DNA from: a virus
Lineage: Duplodnaviria; Caudoviricetes
DNA: 42,276 bases
Strand: one strand, 5' to 3'
IMG/VR virus record: IMGVR_UViG_3300023173_000034
Coordinates: 1 to 42,276 of that record
Shown: one piece after another, positions 7,072 through 14,967 of the stretch
How the letters are laid out: every line of letters starts with the position of its first letter
Position numbering within the stretch: the stretch's first letter is position 1
Position numbers and translations under genes: made by a program
Notes under the pieces: generated by a model
What the model saw: only the letters and a program-made list of their open reading frames with translations
Database searches by the model: none
Told to the model about the DNA's origin: nothing

Positions 7072-7086
7072 AAAAACTCTAATATC

Positions 7087-8025
7087 ATGACAAAGACCGA
7101 CATCTTTGAAAAAGTAAAGCAGACCCTCATTGAGGGCATTGAAAAGGACGGCTTGAATTGGTTCAAGCCATGGAAGGATTCACGAGGCGGTGGTTTGGAC
7201 GATTGGCGTCCTATCAACCGCAAGACGGGTCAACCCTACAAGGGCATGAACATTTGGTTCTTGAGTTCAGCGATGCGTGACATGGGCTATGAGCACAACG
7301 AGTGGCTCACCTATAAAAACGCACAAGAGTTGGGCGGTAGTGTCCGCAAGGGCGAGTCCTCTACCGAGGTGTTCTTTTGGAACATTGGGTATTGGAATCC
7401 AACTACCAAAAAAGCCTACAAAAGCATGGCTGATGCCCTCGCCAAGGGTGAGAGCAAGGAGGACATCAAAGAATTCTTCTCGCTGAAGGTTTGGAATGTG
7501 TTCAACATTGCTCAATGCGATGACATTGAGCCACGCAACCCAAGCCAACCCATTGAGCCCGAGGAGGAGAATATCTTCAGCCCTATCGAGGAGGCGGAGC
7601 GCATCATTGCCGAGTGGGACACAAAGCCTCGCATACAACACGGAGGCAACTCGGCTCACTATAGCCCGAGCATGGACTATGTGCAGATGCCCGAACCAAA
7701 AAACTTCGTGGACGGGGACTCTTATTATAAGACGCTCTTCCATGAGTTGGTGCATAGCACGGGACATGAGACGCGCCTCAAGCGCAAAGGCATCGTGGAG
7801 TTTGATAAATTCGGCTCCGACCGCTATGCGATGGAGGAGTTGGTCGCAGAGAGCGGTTCTATGATGTTGACGGGTCTTGCGGGACTCAACCCGAAGGATT
7901 CCGATGACAACTCGGTTGCCTATGTCAAGAATTGGTCGAAGCGACTCAAGCAAGAGCCAAGCAAGGCGATTGTTGGAGCGCTGACTCAATCAGCCAAGGC
8001 TGTTGAGTTAATCATGGGCAAGTAA
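7087..8025 (+). CDS. ardC: ArdC-family ssDNA-binding anti-restriction protein (DUF1738 + zincin-like domain)
   Basis: WFKPW, PIN..TG.PYKGMN, WLTYK.A..LGGSVRKGE, VFNIAQC, AHYSPSMDY, LFHELVHSTGH, YAMEELVAE. Confidence 0.92.
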   Translation: MTKTDIFEKVKQTLIEGIEKDGLNWFKPWKDSRGGGLDDWRPINRKTGQPYKGMNIWFLSSAMRDMGYEHNEWLTYKNAQELGGSVRKGESSTEVFFWNIGYWNPTTKKAYKSMADALAKGESKEDIKEFFSLKVWNVFNIAQCDDIEPRNPSQPIEPEEENIFSPIEEAERIIAEWDTKPRIQHGGNSAHYSPSMDYVQMPEPKNFVDGDSYYKTLFHELVHSTGHETRLKRKGIVEFDKFGSDRYAMEELVAESGSMMLTGLAGLNPKDSDDNSVAYVKNWSKRLKQEPSKAIVGALTQSAKAVELIMGK

Positions 8026-8033
8026 GCCCGAAA

Positions 8034-8077
8034 GGATGGATGGTCGCAGAGGGGGTTCGACTCCCCCTCCATTCCCA
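8034..8077 (+). ncRNA. second minimal tRNA-like element
   Basis: GGATG/CATTC stem plus GAGGGGG-TTCGACT-CCCCCTC T arm, TGGTC linker, ending in CCA. Confidence 0.6.
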
Positions 8078-8128
8078 AACTTAATAACCAAACTCACGAG
8101 TGCGAGAGGATAACACGGCACAACTACG

Positions 8129-8350
8129 ATGATGACTAAAAACCTCATCTCTACGGCTAAATGGGGAGGTATGTTCCTCGCCTACAACGCCCTCTTCTTC
8201 TTGGTGGGATACTTGTTTCTCGCCTTGTTCAACGGACTCGATATGTCCACTTGGTGTAATGAGGTAGTGAATCTACTGCATGTAGTTGCGCCTTTGTTAG
8301 GGTTCGCTGTTTTCATGGCGGATATGATTGACCAACCCAATAATAAATAA
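8129..8350 (+). CDS. small two-TM membrane protein
   Basis: 73 aa with two hydrophobic segments. Confidence 0.75.
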   Translation: MMTKNLISTAKWGGMFLAYNALFFLVGYLFLALFNGLDMSTWCNEVVNLLHVVAPLLGFAVFMADMIDQPNNK

Positions 8351-8354
8351 GGCC

Positions 8355-8540
8355 ATGAAAGAAGATTTGTTAATGCAGATTTCCTCAATCCTCAGCCACA
8401 CTCACGCTCATCGGCTACTGATGAAGTTGGGCGCAAAGGTGGGTCTCAATGATGATAGCCAAGAGGAGTTTGTCAATCGGCTTGAAGCGTTTGCCGAAGA
8501 AACAATGCTTGAACTGCTCGATGAGCAAGAAGAAGATTAA
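8355..8540 (+). CDS. acidic hypothetical protein
   Basis: Start MKEDLLMQ; acidic C-terminus. Confidence 0.7.
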   Translation: MKEDLLMQISSILSHTHAHRLLMKLGAKVGLNDDSQEEFVNRLEAFAEETMLELLDEQEED

Positions 8541-8559
8541 TCAAATAAAATTAAATGCT

Positions 8560-9339
8560 ATGGAAAACTACAAGAAAGTCGAATGGAGCGACCTCGATGA
8601 GGCGCAGAAGAACATCGCCGATGTTGCGTTCAACAAGGTCGATGCGAAGTACCAAGCCCACCTCGAACGGGCTACTGAACTACGCAATATATTAATAGAG
8701 GCGGGGTTTGACAAGGATGATGTCCGTCACCCTAAATACACCAATGAAGTGTCCGAACGGGAGGAAATCATTGAGTTGGACGGCGAGAAGGTGAAGGTCT
8801 CCAAGTGGATGCATGTCTACTGCGGTGAGGTCATGATTCGTATGCCCAAGGCCATGCACGACGGACTCGGTAACTATTATATGGAGAACCTATGGACAAA
8901 TGTCAAGTTCGATGTGTCCTACCCTCGGTGGATGGCTGAACCCATCTATGATAAGAAGAAACTTGAGTGCGGTGCGCTCTCCAATCGGGCTATCAAGCCA
9001 AGCACTCTGCTTGAGAAATACAAAGAGCATTGCGAGGGTGTTGAGCATCGTATTAATAGAGAGAACGACTACCGAGTTAAGGCCAAGCGCCACCTCTCTA
9101 TATATAAGGAGAAGTACCCCGATGCTGATGTGTCGCTGAAGCGCACCGAGCGTTGGGTACAAAGCAGTCGCTCAACCCACGGGAATTGGGAGGTGAAGAT
9201 TGTGTTCCCGAACGACAACTACGCCTACATCCGAGTCAATCGCTACAACCACAACGATGATGAGATTGTATCGTTCTCGTGGAATGCGTGGGACACGGCT
9301 GACACGGAAGGCAAATTAGATATTCTATCTGCACAATAG
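8560..9339 (+). CDS. hypothetical protein
   Basis: Start re-assigned to MENYKK after an A-rich leader; 259 aa. Confidence 0.8.
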   Translation: MENYKKVEWSDLDEAQKNIADVAFNKVDAKYQAHLERATELRNILIEAGFDKDDVRHPKYTNEVSEREEIIELDGEKVKVSKWMHVYCGEVMIRMPKAMHDGLGNYYMENLWTNVKFDVSYPRWMAEPIYDKKKLECGALSNRAIKPSTLLEKYKEHCEGVEHRINRENDYRVKAKRHLSIYKEKYPDADVSLKRTERWVQSSRSTHGNWEVKIVFPNDNYAYIRVNRYNHNDDEIVSFSWNAWDTADTEGKLDILSAQ

Positions 9340-9358
9340 GTTTTTGGTTAGATAAGTG

Positions 9359-9385
9359 GGGGAGGTGTGCAGACCTCCCCTTTTT
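9359..9385 (+). terminator. intrinsic terminator
   Basis: GGGGAGGT-gtgcag-ACCTCCCC-TTTTT. Confidence 0.8.
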
Positions 9386-9400
9386 AAATCAAGTAGCATC

Positions 9401-9634
9401 ATGAGTACCATTATAGTAAACAATGTCGAGATGCCCGAGGCGCATGTCGTATTAATCTTCGCCAAGGGGGCGCTGAAGATATTGTCTATGGGCATGACCA
9501 TACGCAATGTATCCCTCACCAAGATTAAAAAGAAGTTAGCCTCGGAGGGTATAGTATTAAAGGGGAGAACGCATGTCGCATGTCTCGCCGAGGTGGAGGA
9601 GTTGTTGTCCTCATACGACAAAAAAAGTTCCTGA
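9401..9634 (+). CDS. hypothetical protein
   Basis: Start MSTIIVNNVEM, just after the terminator. Confidence 0.65.
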   Translation: MSTIIVNNVEMPEAHVVLIFAKGALKILSMGMTIRNVSLTKIKKKLASEGIVLKGRTHVACLAEVEELLSSYDKKSS

Positions 9635-9649
9635 CCAAATTTTTTATTC

Positions 9650-9670
9650 GAAACTTTCAAAAGTCATTTG
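9650..9670 (+). promoter_or_regulatory. candidate early promoter GAAACTTTCAAAAGTCATTTG
   Basis: 16/21 match to 5369-5389; 4 nt before ATG 9675. Confidence 0.45.
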
Positions 9671-9674
9671 TGAT

Positions 9675-9983
9675 ATGAAACACGCAGAAGATATCAAGAA
9701 GATGCATGTCCGCCTCTCGGATGGTGGGCTCATCGAACTGCTCTATGCGGATGAGCAAAGGCTCACCCCCATTGCAACCTTTGAGGTTGACAAAGACAAT
9801 CCATTGGAGGATGATTGGTTTGAGTTCATCTATAAGAATGAACCATACGACCTAAACATATGGTCGACCTTCACCCAAGAAGAGGGAGAGCACATGGGTG
9901 CATCTATCTATGAGGTAATCTTGGATGGAGACACCTATGATACGGATACGGCAGAGTGGGTAACAATTGGAATTTTTTCTTAA
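9675..9983 (+). CDS. acidic hypothetical protein
   Basis: Start MKHAEDIKK; 102 aa. Confidence 0.7.
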   Translation: MKHAEDIKKMHVRLSDGGLIELLYADEQRLTPIATFEVDKDNPLEDDWFEFIYKNEPYDLNIWSTFTQEEGEHMGASIYEVILDGDTYDTDTAEWVTIGIFS

Positions 9984-9985
9984 TC

Positions 9986-10234
9986 ATGAGTAAGATTTCA
10001 CAAAACTCAGCATTCAAGTGGAGCGCTGAAGATTTAGTTTCAAATGCAGATAGAGCATTTATGAATGGGCACATCAGTGCAGAAGACTACAAAAGCATTC
10101 GTATCATGAGCGATGATGACAAGTTGTTTTACTTGGAGGGTATTGTTGAGCAATTTCAAGAGCATCTAATTGAGTCCATCAATAATGATATATATGCAAC
10201 CATCGTAGACAACTTTAATCAATTAAAAAAATGA
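9986..10234 (+). CDS. hypothetical protein
   Basis: Start MSKISQ; tightly packed with neighbours. Confidence 0.7.
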   Translation: MSKISQNSAFKWSAEDLVSNADRAFMNGHISAEDYKSIRIMSDDDKLFYLEGIVEQFQEHLIESINNDIYATIVDNFNQLKK

Positions 10235-10488
10235 AAGTAGTTAGCATTAGATATTGGGAAACTCGCCGAGGCATTGGCTACGAAGCCGTAACTGATTTCG
10301 GTGGCACGATTTGGAACGATGGGATGGGTGGAGGCACATACCTCATGCCCACTTGGAAGAAGGACGGGAGTAACTTAACCAACGCCCAACTGCACGACCT
10401 ACTACCCAACGATGTACGAACGGGGTGGGCGTATGAGCAATTCTTGGACAACTTAATTAACATTTACGAAGGAACGCCATTGCTATGA
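10231..10488 (+). CDS. hypothetical protein
   Basis: 85 aa; YWETRRGIGY and IWNDGMGGGTY; ATGA overlaps. Confidence 0.75.
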   Translation: MKVVSIRYWETRRGIGYEAVTDFGGTIWNDGMGGGTYLMPTWKKDGSNLTNAQLHDLLPNDVRTGWAYEQFLDNLINIYEGTPLL

Positions 10489-10745
10489 GAGATAATAGTT
10501 TACCATGGGAGGTGTTTGACGGGGGCGTCTACGAAGACCTCCTCCTTGACACACAAATTGACTACAAGGCCGAGCGCATTGTAGTAGCGGATGAGTGGGG
10601 TACTGAAGTTCAGTACCATGTAGTAGATGTACGGGTCACCCTCCGCCACAACGGACGCCAAATAGGTGTTCACTTGGACAATCACTTTAAGTATGAACTC
10701 GAGGAAACCATCAGCAGTTACCTCACAAGAATCAACGAACGATGA
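10485..10745 (+). CDS. hypothetical protein
   Basis: 86 aa; ATGA overlaps. Confidence 0.7.
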   Translation: MRDNSLPWEVFDGGVYEDLLLDTQIDYKAERIVVADEWGTEVQYHVVDVRVTLRHNGRQIGVHLDNHFKYELEETISSYLTRINER

Positions 10746-10945
10746 AAATTAAATTCAGTGGCGATAGCATCGCCATCTACACCTCGCTTAACGGACACCA
10801 AACAAAAGTCCGCATCGACCATATGGTTCGAGATGAGCGTTGCCTTGGAGGACACAAGGTCTATGTCAAGACAATCGCCAAGGGGAGACCAAGTAAGAAC
10901 CCCTTCCGTTATGTTCCTATTAATAGAATCAAGTTCTTGTCATGA
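10742..10945 (+). CDS. basic hypothetical protein
   Basis: 67 aa; ATGA overlaps. Confidence 0.65.
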   Translation: MKIKFSGDSIAIYTSLNGHQTKVRIDHMVRDERCLGGHKVYVKTIAKGRPSKNPFRYVPINRIKFLS

Positions 10946-11106
10946 TGAAGTTTGCTAAGGAGATGCTACTTGCAACTCTCGCTATGATGCTGATTGGCTC
11001 CGCCTCGGTGAGCATTGTCCTCTATCAAGAGGGCTCTGCCGATGCTATATGGGTAGCCATGGTATGCATGACCTCATTCTTTTTATTAATCACTAAACTT
11101 AAATAA
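10942..11106 (+). CDS. 54-aa two-TM membrane protein
   Basis: Hand-translated MMKFAKEMLLATLAMMLIGSASVSIVLYQEGSADAIWVAMVCMTSFFLLITKLK. Confidence 0.65.
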   Translation: MMKFAKEMLLATLAMMLIGSASVSIVLYQEGSADAIWVAMVCMTSFFLLITKLK

Positions 11107-11109
11107 GCC

Positions 11110-11865
11110 ATGCCGAATTGGGTATACACCACAATCAAAACGGACGCCAAGAACGAAGCGTTCGTTAAGGAAGTCATGGGTAAGGGCGGACTCTGCGAGT
11201 ACTACCTCCCCATGCCCGATGAAATCCGTTTCACCAACTCCCCTAATCGTATTATAAGCGAGGAGGAGTACGCCATCAAGGAAGCGCTCGGTCAAACGAG
11301 AGAAGAGAATAACTACACCACATCGTACTACCAAACGCAGGAGATGGTCGATGAACTGAAGGCCAAGTATAGCGCAGAGAATTGGTACGATTGGGCGCAC
11401 ATGTATTGGGGTACGAAGTGGGGCGATAGCCGTATGGAGTACGACATAGACGGAGACACCATGTATATTAGATACCAAAGCGCATGGTCACCCGTCACTT
11501 GGGATATTGTTGAGACCTTCATGACTCATCTTGTCAATGCTGAGTACACATGGGAGGAGGAGCAAGGCTTCGGCGCTCAGGTCATATATATAAACGGAGA
11601 CTTTGATAGCATGTTGGAGTGGGACATGCCCGTGTTTAAGTACACGGCGTGGTTAGACACCGAGGTGCAGTCAAGTACCAACAGCAGTAAGTTCGTACAA
11701 GAAATGTACGGCTACTTGGAGGAGGACTACGAGAACAACATGGGAGTCTACGAGAAGGGGTGGCACTGCTATTCCGATTGGTATACCGAGAGCAGTCTCG
11801 TTACGGATGAGGAGATGATTAAGAAACTTGAATCCATGAAGACCGATGAGCAGATTGAATTCTAA
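11110..11865 (+). CDS. DUF1281/YubB-like ferredoxin-fold protein
   Basis: MPNW start, NWYDW...WGTKWG and SAWSP motifs. Confidence 0.8.
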   Translation: MPNWVYTTIKTDAKNEAFVKEVMGKGGLCEYYLPMPDEIRFTNSPNRIISEEEYAIKEALGQTREENNYTTSYYQTQEMVDELKAKYSAENWYDWAHMYWGTKWGDSRMEYDIDGDTMYIRYQSAWSPVTWDIVETFMTHLVNAEYTWEEEQGFGAQVIYINGDFDSMLEWDMPVFKYTAWLDTEVQSSTNSSKFVQEMYGYLEEDYENNMGVYEKGWHCYSDWYTESSLVTDEEMIKKLESMKTDEQIEF

Positions 11866-11875
11866 TCCCAAAGAG

Positions 11876-11989
11876 ATGGAGCAGTTCATGCGAATTGCTA
11901 TGGCTCGGCTAAGAGGCGAATATAGATTCGCCCCTCAGCGCCGAGCAGTTGCCGCCCGAATGTATACTAAATGGTTAAATAGAAAATGA
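11876..11989 (+). CDS. 37-aa basic protein
   Basis: MEQFMRIAMARLRGEYRFAPQRRAVAARMYTKWLNRK. Confidence 0.65.
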   Translation: MEQFMRIAMARLRGEYRFAPQRRAVAARMYTKWLNRK

Positions 11990-12282
11990 TGTTTCGTATA
12001 CCGAGCATCAGTTCAAACCTTAAAACGAAGATATGAAAACACCAATGCAAGAGTTGATTGAGCAACTCCAAAACAAATACGAACAACTACAACAGAGCGG
12101 AGACCTTGTAGCCGCTATGTATGTACAAGATGCAATTGAACTTGCACACTCTATGCTTGAAAAAGAGAAAGAGGCAATATGTGAGTTTGCTGCAAACTAT
12201 GCTACCGGATGCGATAGTGGAACAATAATCACATCAGACCAAGCATTTAACGAAACCTTTAATGCCAAATAGAAAATGATGT
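11977..12282 (+). repeat. 16-bp direct repeat AAATAGAAAATGATGT flanking one gene
   Basis: Identical copies at 11977-11992 and 12267-12282. Confidence 0.85.
12033..12272 (+). CDS. hypothetical protein (MKTPMQELIE type)
   Basis: 79 aa; MKTPMQELIE...MLEKEKE...FNETFN. Confidence 0.75.
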   Translation: MKTPMQELIEQLQNKYEQLQQSGDLVAAMYVQDAIELAHSMLEKEKEAICEFAANYATGCDSGTIITSDQAFNETFNAK

Positions 12283-12437
12283 ATAAGTTGACCTTTGTCC
12301 CCACTCTGCGCAACACCCTCGCCGTTAAGACTTGCGTGTTGGTAAAGAGTGCCGGCTCCATTGAGGAGTTGTCGAGAATGCAGTACGAAGCCCCCAATCC
12401 CTTGGAGTGGATGCTTGAATCTATTGAGGAGTTATGA
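12276..12437 (+). CDS. 53-aa hypothetical protein
   Basis: Hand-translated MMYKLTFVPTLRNTLAVK...LEWMLESIEEL; ATGA overlap with the next gene. Confidence 0.55.
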   Translation: MMYKLTFVPTLRNTLAVKTCVLVKSAGSIEELSRMQYEAPNPLEWMLESIEEL

Positions 12438-12763
12438 AGAAGGTAGAAGAGATGTATCCCGAAACGACACAAGCGTTTAAGGAGAAGATGGAGGAGATGT
12501 ATGAGACCTTCTGCAAGAAGATGTGGGACTACGGCAGTAATAACATCGCCCTTGGGCGTGACCTATCGGAAGACCACAACAAGAAGATGTCCCTGATGGG
12601 CATATGGTTCCGCAGTAATGACAAGATGTCACGCATCGAGAACATCCTTGAGCGAGGGGACTTGGCGAGCACCGCCAATGAACCACTTGAGGATAGTTAC
12701 CTTGACTTGGCCAACTATTCAATCATCGCAACCATCGTCCACAAAAATTTGTGGGGTAAATAA
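12434..12763 (+). CDS. DUF1599 / nucleotide-modification-associated (all-alpha NTP-PPase-like) protein
   Basis: K..DYG..NI, R.NDK..R, EPLEDSYLDLANYSII. Confidence 0.8.
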   Translation: MKKVEEMYPETTQAFKEKMEEMYETFCKKMWDYGSNNIALGRDLSEDHNKKMSLMGIWFRSNDKMSRIENILERGDLASTANEPLEDSYLDLANYSIIATIVHKNLWGK

Positions 12764-12779
12764 ATTGTTCGTAAATTAG
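12748..12779 (+). promoter_or_regulatory. middle promoter TTTG-N20-TAAATTAG
   Basis: -33 TTTG at 12748-12751, 20-nt spacer, -7 variant preceded by TTCG; upstream of the recombination/replication genes. Confidence 0.6.
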
Positions 12780-12801
12780 CAACGCAATCAAATCATAAAC
12801 T

Positions 12802-12936
12802 ATGAATCAACTACCTGACAATCAGGAAGATAGAGTCACTATCGTATCGAGCGACTCGCTCTCCACCATGGTGGACTTGTTCAAATCTTTTGGCGAATAC
12901 TTTCAATTTGATAAAGGAGATGTACATGAAGAGTGA
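12802..12936 (+). CDS. 44-aa acidic protein
   Basis: Hand-translated MNQLPDNQEDRVTIVSSDSLSTMVDLFKSFGEYFQFDKGDVHEE. Confidence 0.55.
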   Translation: MNQLPDNQEDRVTIVSSDSLSTMVDLFKSFGEYFQFDKGDVHEE

Positions 12937-13303
12937 GATATGGAAGCAGTCCATAGATGATGGGCTCTCCGCCCATATAGATTACGGCGAGACCGAGGCC
13001 ACCATTCTTTATGGTGTGCGCCTCGAGAAGGCCGGCAACAACTACGATTTTTTTATTGCATACGAGGGAGACTTCTATAGGAAGATGCCCCCCAACTATG
13101 TAGACACCATCCTTGAGTTAGGGTGGCGCAAGGGGCTGTGTCAACTCCTTGTTGACCGATGTCAAAGAAACATCGATTCAAGGCAGTCATCTTTAGAAAA
13201 GCAACTAAATGCAGAGGCTCCCGACCAAAAAGAAATCGACCGACTCGGTGTAGTCATTAGTAACCTTGAAGCCAAGCGTGATAAATACGCGGTTCAACTT
13301 TAA
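12920..13303 (+). CDS. hypothetical protein with C-terminal coiled coil
   Basis: Start MYMKSEIW. Confidence 0.7.
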   Translation: MYMKSEIWKQSIDDGLSAHIDYGETEATILYGVRLEKAGNNYDFFIAYEGDFYRKMPPNYVDTILELGWRKGLCQLLVDRCQRNIDSRQSSLEKQLNAEAPDQKEIDRLGVVISNLEAKRDKYAVQL

Positions 13304-13317
13304 TCAATCAATCAATT

Positions 13318-13896
13318 ATGTCAAATTCCACTTTCAAAACCTTATCCGAGGTAAGTATCAAGGGTAAGACCGAACGCAAGGGTAATCTTGATTACCTCTC
13401 TTGGGCAACAGCATGGTCTATGCTCAAGCACCACTATCCCAATGCTCAACGCATTGTATATGAAGACCAAGCCACCGGCTTGAACTTCTTTACCGATGGC
13501 CGTAGTGCATATGTCAAGGTGGGTATTGTCGTTGATGAGTTAGAGCACATCGACTACTTGCCCATTATGGACTACCGCAACAACGCCATTCCCATTGACA
13601 AGGTAACATCCTTCGATGTGAATAAAACCATTCAGCGGTCAACGGCTAAGGCTATTGCGCTCCATGGTCTCGGCCTATCCTTGTGGATGGGTGAGGACAT
13701 CGCCGATGTGGCTCCCGTAGTGCAGAGCGCACCCGAGCAACTACCACTAAAGGTTGGCGATGCCAATTGGGAGAAAGTCTCTAAATATATAGAGGCTAAT
13801 AAGGGGCTTGGCTCCGATGCCATCATCAAGAACCTTGAGGTTAAGTATAAGATTACTGCCCAAGTGAAGACTGCCATCAATAAGGCTTGCGCGTGA
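13318..13896 (+). CDS. Sak/DUF1071-type single-strand annealing recombinase
   Basis: LDYLSWATAW, LPIMDYRN..I, VNKTIQRSTAKAIALHGLGLSLW.GED. Confidence 0.88.
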   Translation: MSNSTFKTLSEVSIKGKTERKGNLDYLSWATAWSMLKHHYPNAQRIVYEDQATGLNFFTDGRSAYVKVGIVVDELEHIDYLPIMDYRNNAIPIDKVTSFDVNKTIQRSTAKAIALHGLGLSLWMGEDIADVAPVVQSAPEQLPLKVGDANWEKVSKYIEANKGLGSDAIIKNLEVKYKITAQVKTAINKACA

Positions 13897-14633
13897 TGCA
13901 GAACATCATCGAGAAACTCAACGATGATGCGAATTACTACGGAGAATTGGGGAGGCAGTTCCTCTCCAACTCCGACATTCGCTCACTACTAAAAGACCCG
14001 CGGTCTTTTAAGCAACCACAGCCCGAGAGCAAACCACTCATTGAGGGGCGCTACTTCCACACCCAACTCCTTGAGCCTGAGAAAGTTAAGGACATTGAGG
14101 TGGTGGATGCATCTACTCGCAACACCAACATCTACAAGGATGCTGTTGCGAAATCCAAATCGGACATGCTATTATTAAGAAGCGAGGCTGATGAGATTGA
14201 CGCCATCGTGTCTGCGATGAAGAGCAACTTCCGGTTTTACGAATTAATCTACGGAGACAACAACGCCTATGAGGTTCCCAATGTGCAAGAAATAAAGGGC
14301 GCAATGTGGAAGGGCAAGGCTGATGTTGTCAATCACTCCGAGGGTCTTGTGATTGACCTCAAGACCACACAAAATATCGATGACTTCCGTTGGTCGGCAC
14401 GCAAGAATAACTACGATAGCCAAGCGTATATATATCAGATGCTCTTTGGTTACCCGGTGTTGTTCCTTGTTGCCGAGAAGGGAACCGGTCGCCTTGGAAT
14501 CTATAATGTCAGCGAGGACTTTCTTCGTGGCGGGGAGGAAAAGGTCGAGCAGGCTCTTGATGTTTACCATAAGTTCTATGGCGAGCATGCTACTGAAGAC
14601 ATCGATAATTATTTCTTTTCCGAAACCCTTTAA
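13896..14633 (+). CDS. RecE/ExoVIII-like PD-(D/E)XK exonuclease (DUF3799-like)
   Basis: LSNSDI, GRYFH..LLEP, WKGKAD, IDLKTT, YDSQAYIY; TGATG overlap with the recombinase. Confidence 0.88.
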   Translation: MQNIIEKLNDDANYYGELGRQFLSNSDIRSLLKDPRSFKQPQPESKPLIEGRYFHTQLLEPEKVKDIEVVDASTRNTNIYKDAVAKSKSDMLLLRSEADEIDAIVSAMKSNFRFYELIYGDNNAYEVPNVQEIKGAMWKGKADVVNHSEGLVIDLKTTQNIDDFRWSARKNNYDSQAYIYQMLFGYPVLFLVAEKGTGRLGIYNVSEDFLRGGEEKVEQALDVYHKFYGEHATEDIDNYFFSETL

Positions 14634-14643
14634 TCCCTGAACT

Positions 14644-14925
14644 ATGGCTCAAGAAAAAATCTTCGCCGACGGCTTCATCTTGAAGCGCAGAGAAAAGGCT
14701 CCCGACTTTGTATTGGGTAGTCTCTCTATCAAACTTGAGGAGGCACTCCCCTTCTTGAACAGCAACCAAAAGAATGGTTGGGTTAATCTTAATCTTATGA
14801 TATCCAACACGGGTAAATACTATGTGGAATTGGATACATTTGTCCCTAAGAAACAAGAGGACAATGCTCAACCTGCGGCGCCGACACCAAGTGTTGCCGT
14901 AGACACGGAGGACTTACCATTCTAA
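14644..14925 (+). CDS. putative single-stranded DNA-binding protein
   Basis: 93 aa, flexible tail ending DTEDLPF; between recombinase/exonuclease and primase. Confidence 0.7.
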   Translation: MAQEKIFADGFILKRREKAPDFVLGSLSIKLEEALPFLNSNQKNGWVNLNLMISNTGKYYVELDTFVPKKQEDNAQPAAPTPSVAVDTEDLPF

Positions 14926-14929
14926 TTAG

Positions 14930-14952
14930 GGGAGGGCGAAAGCCCTCCCTTT
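14930..14952 (+). terminator. hairpin, probable leaky terminator
   Basis: GGGAGGGC-GAAA-GCCCTCCC-TTT between SSB and primase. Confidence 0.65.
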
Positions 14953-14967
14953 ATAATCTTTAATCTA

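Noticed and set aside
6441-7989. Long antisense ORFs 6441..7223 and 7267..7989
   Set aside because: Shadow frames opposite well-supported genes; the same applies to antisense ORFs over groEL and the virion genes
8099-8121. Small GTGC...GCAC hairpin after the second tRNA-like element
   Set aside because: Only 4 bp and a single copy; not distinguishable from chance
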